A DNA stretch of 64,000 bases from Tepidamorphus sp. Lineage in GTDB: Bacteria > Pseudomonadota > Alphaproteobacteria > Rhizobiales > Tepidamorphaceae. Below the pieces are notes generated by a model. It did not search any database, was not told where the DNA came from, and saw only the letters and a program-made list of their open reading frames with translations. A program made the position numbers and the translations under genes. Position 1 is the stretch's first letter, and the number at the start of each line of letters is the position of its first letter. The DNA is taken from the NCBI GenBank assembly GCA_028280885.1, contig JANQKY010000114.1, positions 7 to 64,006 on the forward strand, read 5' to 3'. Below, piece after piece: positions 39,395 to 48,769 of the stretch.

Positions 39395-39730
39395 ATGTGC
39401 GGCCTCTGCGGATTGCTGGGAATCGTCCACTGGACGGAGACCTCGGCCCATGCCGAGGCGTTTACCGGCGACCGCCGGCGGACGATCCGCGCCGAACGCG
39501 CCCACCGCTCCGCGGTGATCAACGCCGCGCTCAGGCCCTATCGCATGACGGTGTCTGATTTTCAGGCGACGAACTACATTCTGTCCTCGGCGACGGGCAA
39601 GCGCGAGATCGTCGACGACATCCAGGCGGTGTGGGCGGCCGTCGACCGGATGCGCGGCGACCCGGTCGACCCGCTCGCCGGCGATTGGCTCGACGCGCTC
39701 GGACCCGACAATTCCGGGTCTCGACCATGA
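39395..39730 (+). CDS. Small hypothetical protein with N-terminal CxxC (MCGLCGLLG..HW)
   Basis: 111 aa; ATG after AGGA; ATGA overlap with the downstream COG0523 GTPase. Confidence 0.7.
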   Translation: MCGLCGLLGIVHWTETSAHAEAFTGDRRRTIRAERAHRSAVINAALRPYRMTVSDFQATNYILSSATGKREIVDDIQAVWAAVDRMRGDPVDPLAGDWLDALGPDNSGSRP

Positions 39731-40740
39731 TTCCCGTCAACGTCATCACCGGCTTCCTGGGGTCGGGCAAGACCACGCTTCTGCGTGACATCCTCGCCCG
39801 GCCGGAATTCTCCGATACCGCCGTGATCGTCAACGAGTTCGGCGAGGTCGGGCTCGACCACGTCCTGCTCGAGGAGGTCGAGGAAGGCGTTCTGCTGCTC
39901 GATTCCGGATGTCTGTGCTGCACCATCCGCACCGACCTGCAGGAAACCCTGAAATCCCTCGACGAAAAGGCCGCGCGCGGCGACATCCCGCGCTTTTCGC
40001 GGGTGGTCGTGGAGACGACCGGGCTCGCCGATCCCGCCCCGATCGTTTCGACGATCGCGGCCGAACCGGTGATCCGCAACCATTTCCGCATCGGCAACAT
40101 CGTCTGCACGGTCGACGCGCTCGCCGGTCTGTCGACACTGGCCAACCAACCCGAAGCATCGAAGCAGGTCTCCGTCGCCGACCGCCTGCTGATAACAAAA
40201 TGCGACCTGGCGGCACCCGAAACGATCGCAAGGCTCGAGGCCGGGCTGCATCGCCTCAATCCGGTCGCCGAGATCCGGCGCTCGGAAGGCCATGACTTCG
40301 ACGCGCCCTTCCTGTTCCGCGAGGAACTGGGCGATGCCGAAAGGCGGGCGGGCGAGGTGGCCCGCTGGCTCGCCAAGGCCGACGCGCTCGGCCACCATCA
40401 CATCGCCGATGCCGACACCAACACCTTCGTGCTGCGCTATGCCGATCCGATCGACTGGACCGCGTTCGGTGTCTGGCTGACCATGCTGCTGCATTGCCAC
40501 GGCGAGCGTGTCCTGCGGGTCAAGGGCATCCTCAATGTCCGCGAATCGACGTCTCCCGTCGTGGTCCACGGCGTCCAGCATGTCGTGCATCCGCCGATGC
40601 ATCTGGCGCACTGGCCGGATGCGGACCGCAGTTCCCGGATCATCTTCATCACGCGCGGGATCGAGGAGGGCGCGATCCGCACGTCGCTGACGCGCTTCCT
40701 TGCAACGCTGACGCCTCAGGCGAATGACGCCGTGGCTTAA
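39727..40740 (+). CDS. COG0523/CobW-family metallochaperone GTPase
   Basis: ITGFLGSGKTT, VNEFGE, GCLCC metal motif, ETTGLADP, TKCD, LRVKG. Confidence 0.92.
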   Translation: MIPVNVITGFLGSGKTTLLRDILARPEFSDTAVIVNEFGEVGLDHVLLEEVEEGVLLLDSGCLCCTIRTDLQETLKSLDEKAARGDIPRFSRVVVETTGLADPAPIVSTIAAEPVIRNHFRIGNIVCTVDALAGLSTLANQPEASKQVSVADRLLITKCDLAAPETIARLEAGLHRLNPVAEIRRSEGHDFDAPFLFREELGDAERRAGEVARWLAKADALGHHHIADADTNTFVLRYADPIDWTAFGVWLTMLLHCHGERVLRVKGILNVRESTSPVVVHGVQHVVHPPMHLAHWPDADRSSRIIFITRGIEEGAIRTSLTRFLATLTPQANDAVA

Positions 40741-40954
40741 GCGGCCGACGGCATGATCCGCGACGCCTGACCCGCCTTCCGCTTTGCGGATGGAACGCCC
40801 CGACGCGCGCGCCGGACGCCAACCCCACCTGACCGTATGCAGAGACGTTGCGGCCCGCCTGAACCTGTGCCGCACCGGGGGTTCGCGCTCCATCATGCCC
40901 GCACCCGTCATGGACGGCCGGCGAACGATCTTGCGCCCCCAAGCCAGATTCCCC

Positions 40955-40984
40955 TTGACCGGTCTTCCCTCCCATATGCATAAT
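40955..40984 (+). promoter_or_regulatory. Candidate sigma70 promoter of the hydantoinase operon
   Basis: TTGACC-N18-CATAAT. Confidence 0.5.
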
Positions 40985-40990
40985 TTGGAC

Positions 40991-41012
40991 ACGATATCCA
41001 TTATGTGGATAT
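40991..41012. promoter_or_regulatory. Palindromic operator copy 1 (ATATCCA-N5-TGGATAT), probable IclR site
   Basis: ACGATATCCATTATGTGGATAT; 20/22 identical to 48630-48651; lies between the -10 and the RBS. Confidence 0.7.
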
Positions 41013-41026
41013 AGCGGGAGGACCTA

Positions 41027-43123
41027 ATGGGATTGCGCATCGCCATCGACACCGGCGGCACCTTCACCGATGTGATCGCCATCAATGACGATACCGGTGT
41101 CATGACCGCGCTGAAGACACCGTCGACCCCGGCCGATCCGAGCATCGGACTGCTCAACGGCGTGCAGATGGCGATGGAAAGCGAAGCGCAGCAGGGCACG
41201 CCGCTCGACATGCTGCTGCATGGCTCGACGGTCGCGACCAATGCCGTCCTGGAGCACAAGTTCGCGGGCCTCGGCCTCCTGGTGACGAGCGGCTTCCGCC
41301 ACATGATCGAGATCGCCCGGCAATCGGTTCCCGACGGCTACGGAAACTCGTTCTTCTGGGTCAAGCCGCCGCGCCTGGTGCCGCTGCATCTCGTCCGCGA
41401 GGTGCCCGGCCGCATGCAGCACGACGGCACCGAACTGGAACCCATCGACGAAGCGGCCACCCTTGCCGCCGTCGCCGAACTGGTCGAGGACGGCGTCACC
41501 TGCATCGCGGTGTGCCTGTTGCACGCTTATGCGAATGCCGAGCACGAGCGCCGCATCGGCGCGCTGATCGAGGAACACTTCCCCGACGTGTTCGTCTCGC
41601 TGTCCTCCGTCGTGCTGCCGGAATACCGCGAATACGAGCGGGCGATGACGACGCTGATCGACGTACTGGTCAAGCCCTATTGCAAGACCTATCTGGCGAG
41701 CGCCGCCCGGCGGATCGACGAGCTTTCCGACGATGCGCCCTTCCTGATCATGCAGTCGAACGGCGGCGTGGTGAAACACTCCACCGCCAGCGAGAAGCCG
41801 GTGACGATGCTGCTGTCGGGACCGGCGGCCGGCATCCTCGGCGCCATCCACATGGCCAATCTCGCCGGCTATGACGACATCCTGACCATCGATGTCGGCG
41901 GCACCTCGACCGATGTGGCGATCATCGAGCAGCAGACGCCGATGTACACGTCGGCCTCGATGGTCGAGAGCTATCCGGTCAAGACGCCGATGCTCGATAT
42001 CGTCACGGTCGGATCGGGCGGCGGCTCGATCGCCTGGACGGACCCCTACGGCAATCTCAAGGCAGGTCCCCAGAGCGCCGGGGCCGATCCCGGCCCGATC
42101 TGCTACGGCCGCGGCGGCACGGAGCCGACGGTGACCGATGCCGCAGTCGTGCTCGGCCGCCTGCCCGCGGCTCTGATCGGCGGCGAGATCACGCTCGACG
42201 TCGAGGCGGCGCGCGCGGCCTACGCCGCGCTCGGGCGGCAATACGACATGCAGCCCGAGGAGGTCGCCGCCGGCACGCTGGAGATCGCGGCGGCCAACCA
42301 GGTCTTCGGCATCCGCCAGGTCACGACGACGCGCGGCCGCGATCCGGGCGCCTATGCGATGGTCGCCTTCGGCGGCGCCGGCGGGCTGTTCGCAACCGAG
42401 GTCGCCGACTTCCTCGGCATCGAGACCATCATCTCGCCGCCCAATCCCGGCAATCTCTGCGCGCTCGGCCTGCATGTGTCCGACGTCAAGCGCGACTACA
42501 TCCGCACCATGGTCCGCCAGCAGCAGGCGGCCGATACCGGCGAGATCGCCGGCGCCTGGGACCTGCTCGCCGCCGAGGGGATGCGGGACATCGAGGCCGA
42601 GGGCATCCCGGCGGACCGCATCGTGGTCCGCTACACCGCCGACATGCGCTATTACGGCGAGGGCCACGAGGTGCAGGTCGCCATTCCCGCCGACATGGCG
42701 ACTACGGACGCGGTCGCCTATGCCTGGGAGACATTCCACCAGGTCCACGACGAGACCTTCGGCTTTCACTACAAGGGCGAGCAGGAAGTCGAGCTGGTGA
42801 ACCTGCGGGTTCAGGCCGTCGGCACCCAGCACCGCCCGGCAATCCAGTCCAAGGAAGTAGCCCCCGACCAAGAGGGCACCCACCTGGCGGCACCCTTCTC
42901 GACCCGCAAGGCCTATTGGCGCCAGACCGGCTGGGTCGACTGCCCGCTCTATCACCGCACGGAGCTTGCCACCGGCCAGACCGTTTCCGGGCCGGCGATC
43001 ATCGAGGAATACGGCTCGACCGTCGTCGTCCCGACCGCCTGGTCGGCGCGTCCGGATCGATACGAAAACCTCATCCTGAAAACGACCGCTGGAAAGGAAG
43101 GCCAAGATGATGCCGGGCACTGA
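41027..43123 (+). CDS. Hydantoinase A / oxoprolinase-family ATP-dependent cyclic amide hydrolase subunit
   Basis: IAIDTGGTFTD, HGSTVATN, SGPAAG, DVGGTSTD, GSGGGS, GPICYGRGG. Confidence 0.92.
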   Translation: MGLRIAIDTGGTFTDVIAINDDTGVMTALKTPSTPADPSIGLLNGVQMAMESEAQQGTPLDMLLHGSTVATNAVLEHKFAGLGLLVTSGFRHMIEIARQSVPDGYGNSFFWVKPPRLVPLHLVREVPGRMQHDGTELEPIDEAATLAAVAELVEDGVTCIAVCLLHAYANAEHERRIGALIEEHFPDVFVSLSSVVLPEYREYERAMTTLIDVLVKPYCKTYLASAARRIDELSDDAPFLIMQSNGGVVKHSTASEKPVTMLLSGPAAGILGAIHMANLAGYDDILTIDVGGTSTDVAIIEQQTPMYTSASMVESYPVKTPMLDIVTVGSGGGSIAWTDPYGNLKAGPQSAGADPGPICYGRGGTEPTVTDAAVVLGRLPAALIGGEITLDVEAARAAYAALGRQYDMQPEEVAAGTLEIAAANQVFGIRQVTTTRGRDPGAYAMVAFGGAGGLFATEVADFLGIETIISPPNPGNLCALGLHVSDVKRDYIRTMVRQQQAADTGEIAGAWDLLAAEGMRDIEAEGIPADRIVVRYTADMRYYGEGHEVQVAIPADMATTDAVAYAWETFHQVHDETFGFHYKGEQEVELVNLRVQAVGTQHRPAIQSKEVAPDQEGTHLAAPFSTRKAYWRQTGWVDCPLYHRTELATGQTVSGPAIIEEYGSTVVVPTAWSARPDRYENLILKTTAGKEGQDDAGH

Positions 43124-45056
43124 AAAGCTGGGCACCGAACGGGCGCCGACGGCGCTGGGGCCGATCGAGCTCGAGGTGATCCACGGCACGATCCGCGCCG
43201 CCGAACTGGAGATCGAGGCCGCCGTCGAACGCACCGCGCGCTCGCCGATGATCCGCGACCAGCACGACTACCGCGTCGCCCTGTTCGACGCGCGGGGCCG
43301 CAAGCTGACGGGCCGGTCCTATTCGGCGATCGTCGAGCCGGTCTTCGAATATTTCGAGGACGGCGACATCCATTCAGGCGACGTGTTCTTCTGGAACGAC
43401 CCCTACAATTCCTGCGGCGGCATCGGCCATGTGCCGGACCTGTGCACGACCGTGCCGATCTTCCACGGCGACCGCCTGATCGGCTTCAGCCAGGTGTTCG
43501 GCCATCACGACGATGTCGGCGGATCGGTGCCCGGCAGCCTGCCCGTCCACGCCACCGACAGCTGGATGGAGGGCGTGCTCATTCCGCCCATCAAGCTCTA
43601 TGAGCGCGGCAAGCTGAACGAGGCGGCGTTCAAGATCATCACGCGTAACTCGCGTCTGTCCGATCACCTGGCCGGCGATCTCGATGCGGAGATCGGCGCT
43701 GCCCGCCTCGGCTCGCGGCGCATCGTGGCGCTTGCCGAGCGCTACGGGGTGGACACGCTGGAATCGGCCTTCGACCAGATCCTGCGCAACACCGCAGAGA
43801 TTTTCCGCCGCGAGATCCTGCCGAAGATCGCCGACGGCGTTTATCGGCACGAGGACTATATCGAGGCCGACGGCGTCGACGAACCGCGCCTGCACGCGCT
43901 GCGCCTGACCATGACCAAGACGCCGGACAAGATCGTCCTGGATTTCACCGGCACGGACCCGGAGGCGAAGGGGCCGATCAACTGGTCGCTGGACGAGGTC
44001 GACGGCCGCTATTTCCGCAAGTGGCTCGCCCCCACCCTGCGCTCGCTTGCTGCGACGCCCGAACGCGCCGCCGAGATCGATTCCAACGAAGGCGTTCTCG
44101 ACGTGATCGAGGTCAAGTTCCCGGAAAAGGGGACGCTGATCACGCCGACCGCCAACAAGCCGACGGGCATGCGCTTCTTCCTGATGCTGCGCTCGCTCGG
44201 CACCTTCGCCGCCTGCCTGTCCAAGGCGACCGGCGGCAAGATGCCGGCCGATCACGAGACGATCCGCATCTGGGGCCTGACGGGCGGGCGCACCTCGGAG
44301 GATTTCTACCTGTTCCGCGAAGTCCTTGGCGGCGGCGGGCCGGGCCGGCCGTGGGCCGATGGTTCGGATGTGGTCCACATCGTTCCGAATTCCCGCAACC
44401 TCCCGGCGGAGTTTTCGGAAAACCGCTATCCGATCCTGGTCGAGAAGCTCGGTCTGAAGACCGATTCGGCCGGTGCCGGCCTGCGCCGCGGCGGCTTCGG
44501 CTACGACAAGCATATCCGCACGCTCGGAGAATGCCGCCTGATCTCGAATGCCGACCGGTCGCTGCTCGGCTGCTACGGGGTCAACGGCGGCAAGGCGGGC
44601 CTCAATTATCAGGTGTCGGTGGCCGATACGGACGGGGAGACCAGATCCTATCCGGGCATGTGCGACACCGTCACGGTGCAGCCCGGCTCGGTCGTGCGCA
44701 TCGTCACGACGGGCGGTGGCGGCTGGGGCAATCCGCTTCTGCGCGAGGTCGACCGGGTGGTCTATGACGTCCAGTGCGGCCTGATATCGCCGGAGGCGGC
44801 CGAAGCGCACTATGGTGTCGTGCTGATTCGCGACGGACGCCACTGGCGCGCCGATCAGGCCGCGACCGATACGCTGCGCCGCGAGCGCCTGGACGGCGAG
44901 AGCGAGACACCGATGTTCGACCGGGGACCGCATTACGACGCGCTCAAGGCCTCCGGTGAGGTCCGCTATCCGGACGGGTGGAGCGACCCGGACGCGGGAT
45001 GGACCGCGACGGCGGCCGGACCGACCGGCGCGCCGGAATCGGATGCTGCGGCCTAG
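43107..45056 (+). CDS. Hydantoinase B / oxoprolinase-family subunit
   Basis: RTARSPMIRDQHDY, NDPY..GHVPD, HHDDVGGSVPGS, TGGGGWGNP. Confidence 0.9.
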   Translation: MMPGTEKLGTERAPTALGPIELEVIHGTIRAAELEIEAAVERTARSPMIRDQHDYRVALFDARGRKLTGRSYSAIVEPVFEYFEDGDIHSGDVFFWNDPYNSCGGIGHVPDLCTTVPIFHGDRLIGFSQVFGHHDDVGGSVPGSLPVHATDSWMEGVLIPPIKLYERGKLNEAAFKIITRNSRLSDHLAGDLDAEIGAARLGSRRIVALAERYGVDTLESAFDQILRNTAEIFRREILPKIADGVYRHEDYIEADGVDEPRLHALRLTMTKTPDKIVLDFTGTDPEAKGPINWSLDEVDGRYFRKWLAPTLRSLAATPERAAEIDSNEGVLDVIEVKFPEKGTLITPTANKPTGMRFFLMLRSLGTFAACLSKATGGKMPADHETIRIWGLTGGRTSEDFYLFREVLGGGGPGRPWADGSDVVHIVPNSRNLPAEFSENRYPILVEKLGLKTDSAGAGLRRGGFGYDKHIRTLGECRLISNADRSLLGCYGVNGGKAGLNYQVSVADTDGETRSYPGMCDTVTVQPGSVVRIVTTGGGGWGNPLLREVDRVVYDVQCGLISPEAAEAHYGVVLIRDGRHWRADQAATDTLRRERLDGESETPMFDRGPHYDALKASGEVRYPDGWSDPDAGWTATAAGPTGAPESDAAA

Positions 45057-45099
45057 ATTGTCTGGACGATGACGCCATGACCCCGGATCGTGCGAGACC

Positions 45100-45729
45100 A
45101 TGCAGATAACCAAGACCTTCCGCATCGCCCGGCCGCGCGATCAGGTTTGGGCGGCCTTCGAGGACGTTCCCGGCATCGCGCCGTGCCTTCCCGGCGCCGA
45201 ACTGATCGGCGAGGGCGAGGACGGAGCCTATCGTGGCCGCGTGGCGGTCAAGCTCGGCCCCTTCAATTCCTCCTTCGAGGGCGAGGCGAAGGTCGAGAGC
45301 GACCCCGACGCCTATACCGGGCGCGTCACCGGGCGCGGGCTCGACAAGAAGGGCGGCAGCCGGTCGCAGCTTGCCATGCGCTACGACCTCGCCGAGGCCG
45401 GACCTGAGACCGACGTGACGATCGACGCGGATATCAAGCTGACCGGCCCGATCGCCCAGTTCGGCCGCACCGGCGTCATCGCCCAGGCCGCCGAAGTGCT
45501 GATCGACGCCTTCGCCAGGAATGTCGAGGCGAAGCTTGAAAGCGCGCCGGAGGCGCAGGCCGGCGACGCGCCTGCCGAAGGGGCCGATGCCGCCCCAGCA
45601 AGTACCACACCGGCCAGTACCACACCGGCCAGTACCAAGCCGTCTGGCAGCAGCGCCCAGCTCAGCCTGCTCGCCGTTCTCGGCGCCATGATCACAAACG
45701 CGCTGCGCCGCCTGTTCGGGCGCGGCTGA
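45100..45729 (+). CDS. CoxG / SRPBCC-family protein
   Basis: QVWAAFEDVPGIAPCLPGAEL, VKLGP, GPIAQFGR; Ala/Pro linker and amphipathic C-terminal tail. Confidence 0.85.
   Translation: MQITKTFRIARPRDQVWAAFEDVPGIAPCLPGAELIGEGEDGAYRGRVAVKLGPFNSSFEGEAKVESDPDAYTGRVTGRGLDKKGGSRSQLAMRYDLAEAGPETDVTIDADIKLTGPIAQFGRTGVIAQAAEVLIDAFARNVEAKLESAPEAQAGDAPAEGADAAPASTTPASTTPASTKPSGSSAQLSLLAVLGAMITNALRRLFGRG
45601..45637 (+). repeat. In-frame 15-bp tandem repeat in the CoxG linker (STTPA x2.5)
   Basis: agtaccacaccggcc agtaccacaccggcc agtacca. Confidence 0.8.
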
Positions 45730-45746
45730 AGGAAAGGGCACACCCG

Positions 45747-46526
45747 ATGGAACACCGCATGGCGCATATGACGCAGATGGAAATCGGCGAGGCGATCGCC
45801 GAGAAGCGGGCCGTGATCGTGCCGACCGGCGCGACCGAGGCGCACGGGCCGCACATGCCGACCGATACCGACACCCATCAGGTCGAGCACGTTGCGGTGC
45901 TGCTCGCCGAGCGGATCGGCGCGCTGGTCACACCGCCGGTCGCCTATGGCGTTTCCAAGACCTTCGAATATTTCCCCGGCACCATCTCGCTGTCGATCCC
46001 GACCTATCAGACGATGATCTACGAAATCGGCTCAGCCCTCGTCGGGCAGGGCTTCGAGCATGTCATCCTGCTCAACGGCAACCGGCCGAACGGCACGGCC
46101 AACGACCAGGCGGCCCGCCTGATGGTCGACGATCTCGACGAGCGGTTCACCTTCACCGTCTCCGCCGTCAGCTACTGGGAGCCGGGCGCCGACCGGATCC
46201 ACGCGATGCGCAAGTCGATGGTCGGCGGCATGGGCCATGGCGGCGAGATGGAAACCTCCTTCCAGCTCGCCACCCGCCCGCACCTGGTCAAGATGGACCG
46301 GCTCGCCGGTGCCAAATATGGACCCGTCGGCTGGGACCTGGTGGCGCCGACCAACCCGACCCGCACCTATTCGCGCCGCCCCCGTCCGGGCGCCGGGCAC
46401 GCGGCGATCTTCGGCGATCCGACCCATGCGAGCGCCGAATCCGGCGAAAAGTTCATCGCCGCCGCCGTCGACGCGCTCGCCGAGACCTTCACCAACCTGC
46501 AAGGGTCCTATACGGACCGGAAGTAG
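45747..46526 (+). CDS. Creatininase-family protein with atypical metal motif
   Basis: EAHGPHMPTDTD, FPGTISL, GHGGEMETS, FGDPT; NGNRPN in place of the NGHGGN motif. Confidence 0.85.
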   Translation: MEHRMAHMTQMEIGEAIAEKRAVIVPTGATEAHGPHMPTDTDTHQVEHVAVLLAERIGALVTPPVAYGVSKTFEYFPGTISLSIPTYQTMIYEIGSALVGQGFEHVILLNGNRPNGTANDQAARLMVDDLDERFTFTVSAVSYWEPGADRIHAMRKSMVGGMGHGGEMETSFQLATRPHLVKMDRLAGAKYGPVGWDLVAPTNPTRTYSRRPRPGAGHAAIFGDPTHASAESGEKFIAAAVDALAETFTNLQGSYTDRK

Positions 46527-46529
46527 GCT

Positions 46530-47375
46530 TCAGGATCGGCTCGGGTTCCAGCCCAGGTCGAAGGAGACGGAATTCGCCATCTGCAGAAGCTCCTGGATCA
46601 GCGCGTCGATGCGCTCCTTGTCAGCTGCGACCTTCTTCAGATAGACGAAGCAGATGCTGGCGGCGATCCTGCCTTCGTCGTCGAAGATCGGCGCCGAGAT
46701 CGAGCCGGTGAACAGCTGCACGTCGGATTCGGTGATGGCGTAGCCGTTGTGGCGCACCGCCTCCAGTTCCTTTCGGATGCGGTCGGGATCGGTGATCGTG
46801 TGCGCCGTCATCCGCTCCAGGTCGCGGGCCAGATAGGCGTCGATGAAGGCGTCGGATTCATAGGCCAGCAGGACCCAGCCCTTCGATCCGCAATGCAAGG
46901 GGAAATGATAGCCGTAGCTCGCCTTGGTGATTTCGTCGGTCTGCCGCTGCTCGGCATGGATGACGACGGAGTGGTTGCCCATCCGCTCGACCACCTGGAC
47001 GGCGACGTTCTTGATGTTGCGGGCCTGTGACAGATAGGCGAGCGCCGATTTCAGGGTGGCGTTGTTGGCCAGATACGCCGAGCCGATATGCCAAAGCCGC
47101 GGGCCGATCTCGTAGCGGCTGGTGCGGTCGTCCCGGCGCAGGAATTGCGCCCGCTCAAGCTGCGAGATCGTGCGGTGCACCGTCGCCCAGGGCAGGTTCA
47201 GGTCGCGCGTCACGTCGACCACCCGCGCCGGCTTCTGGGCGATATAGTCGAGGATCGCGAACGACCGCTCCATGCCGCGCGGCGCCCCGGCGGGCTCCGT
47301 CGGCCCGTCGTCTTTGTGGTCCGCGCCGGTTTCGGTCTGTCGGGACGGATCTGCGGCGCGGTCGGACTTCTTCAT
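46530..47375 (-). CDS. IclR-family regulator
   Basis: ERSFAILDYI, LPWATVHR HTH, PLHCGSKGWVLLA, T..TITD, ISAPIFD; TTG at 47384 is an alternative start. Confidence 0.9.
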   Translation of the reverse strand: MKKSDRAADPSRQTETGADHKDDGPTEPAGAPRGMERSFAILDYIAQKPARVVDVTRDLNLPWATVHRTISQLERAQFLRRDDRTSRYEIGPRLWHIGSAYLANNATLKSALAYLSQARNIKNVAVQVVERMGNHSVVIHAEQRQTDEITKASYGYHFPLHCGSKGWVLLAYESDAFIDAYLARDLERMTAHTITDPDRIRKELEAVRHNGYAITESDVQLFTGSISAPIFDDEGRIAASICFVYLKKVAADKERIDALIQELLQMANSVSFDLGWNPSRS

Positions 47376-47612
47376 GGCGTTCAAAGGGGCCTTTGTTTGC
47401 CGGACTTAAGAATCCGTACATAGGCGAAACATGGATATGATGTCACGCCCGCGGATATCGTTGACGGCGATTTGACCGGGTCGGCATAAGGGGTGGGAAC
47501 AAGGGGGGATCGACAGCATGCGCAGCCAGGTATCCGGGATGTCCGCGGCGCCGGAGCCTGTCAGGCAGGAGCGGACCCATGCCGTTCTGCCGCGATCCGG
47601 ACCGGTGGCGCG

Positions 47613-48533
47613 GTGACGGCGAAACACCCGCTTGAGCCCGTCCTGCTGCTGCTTGCGGCCGGCATCGGCATCGGGCTCGTGTTCCCGATCAGCAAGCTCG
47701 CCGACCTCGCGGCAATCGAGCCTTTCGCTTACATCGGCTGGAGCGCGGCGGGCGCCTGCCTGATCCTGTTTACGCTGTGTATCGCAACCGGCCGGCGGCC
47801 GCGCGTCCGGGCGGAGACGGTCCGCTACGCGCTCAGGGCCGGCGCCGTGACCTATGCCATCCCGTTCGGCACCCTGGCCGTCGTCGTCCCGCATCTGGGC
47901 ACCAGCATCCCCTCCATTTTCCAGTCCCTGACGGCGATCCTGACGCTCGGGCTGGTCACCGTCCTGGGCCTGGAACGGCCCGGTCGCCTGCGCACCTTCG
48001 GGCTCGTGCTCGGCCTCGTCGGGGTATTGATCATCATCGCGGTACGGGACGGCGGGGCTGGCGTGGAGGCGGCCGACCAGGTCTCCTTGCTGTGGGTTGC
48101 CGCTGCCCTGGTCACGCCGCTGTCACTCGCCTATGGCAATGTCTATCGCAGCATGGCCTGGCCTCAGGGCGAAAGCCCGCTGCCGCTTGCAACGCTCACC
48201 TTCGCCTGCGCCGCCGTGCTGATGCTCGGCGCCGGGCTGGTCGGTACGGTCGCCACCGGGAATGCCGCGCTGATCACCGTGCCGCCCGCAGGCTTCCGTG
48301 TCATCGTGTTCCAGGCGCTTGCGACCGGCATCGGCTATGCCTTCTTCTTCCGGCTGCAGCAGGTCGGCGGGCCGGTCTATCTCAGCCAGATCAGCTACGT
48401 GAACACCGCCGTCGGCCTCGGTTTCGCGGTCGTCCTGTTCGGCGAGGCGATGAACGCGGCGATGATCAGCGCGCTTGCCCTCATCGTCCTCGGCGTCGCC
48501 CTGGTCAATCGGACCATCGGACGCCTGAAGTAG
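47613..48533 (+). CDS. DMT/EamA-family transporter
   Basis: About 10 hydrophobic segments, LGLERP, GPVYLSQISYV, LFGE; start uncertain (GTG at 47613). Confidence 0.82.
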   Translation: MTAKHPLEPVLLLLAAGIGIGLVFPISKLADLAAIEPFAYIGWSAAGACLILFTLCIATGRRPRVRAETVRYALRAGAVTYAIPFGTLAVVVPHLGTSIPSIFQSLTAILTLGLVTVLGLERPGRLRTFGLVLGLVGVLIIIAVRDGGAGVEAADQVSLLWVAAALVTPLSLAYGNVYRSMAWPQGESPLPLATLTFACAAVLMLGAGLVGTVATGNAALITVPPAGFRVIVFQALATGIGYAFFFRLQQVGGPVYLSQISYVNTAVGLGFAVVLFGEAMNAAMISALALIVLGVALVNRTIGRLK

Positions 48534-48589
48534 GAACTGGCGGGCGCCCGAAATAGGAGCCGGCGGGCGCGCGAATTGGGAACTGGATG

Positions 48590-48619
48590 TTGACACCGCC
48601 AAAAGACAGCCTCTATCAT
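48590..48619 (+). promoter_or_regulatory. Sigma70 promoter of the Mo-hydroxylase operon
   Basis: TTGACA-N18-TATCAT in an AT-rich patch. Confidence 0.6.
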
Positions 48620-48629
48620 TATATTAAAT

Positions 48630-48651
48630 ACGGTATCCACTATGTGGATAT
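48630..48651. promoter_or_regulatory. Palindromic operator copy 2 (TATCCA-N5-TGGATA), probable IclR site
   Basis: ACGGTATCCACTATGTGGATAT, just downstream of the -10; 20/22 identical to 40991-41012. Confidence 0.7.
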
Positions 48652-48769
48652 TCCAAGACGTGGCGATTGGGGTGCCGATGCAATCGAAATCACCCGTTCT
48701 ACCGGCTCGAAACCGCGGATGTGATTCATCCGTTCCGCGCAAGGCTCTCGACTCGGGCAGGGCGACACC

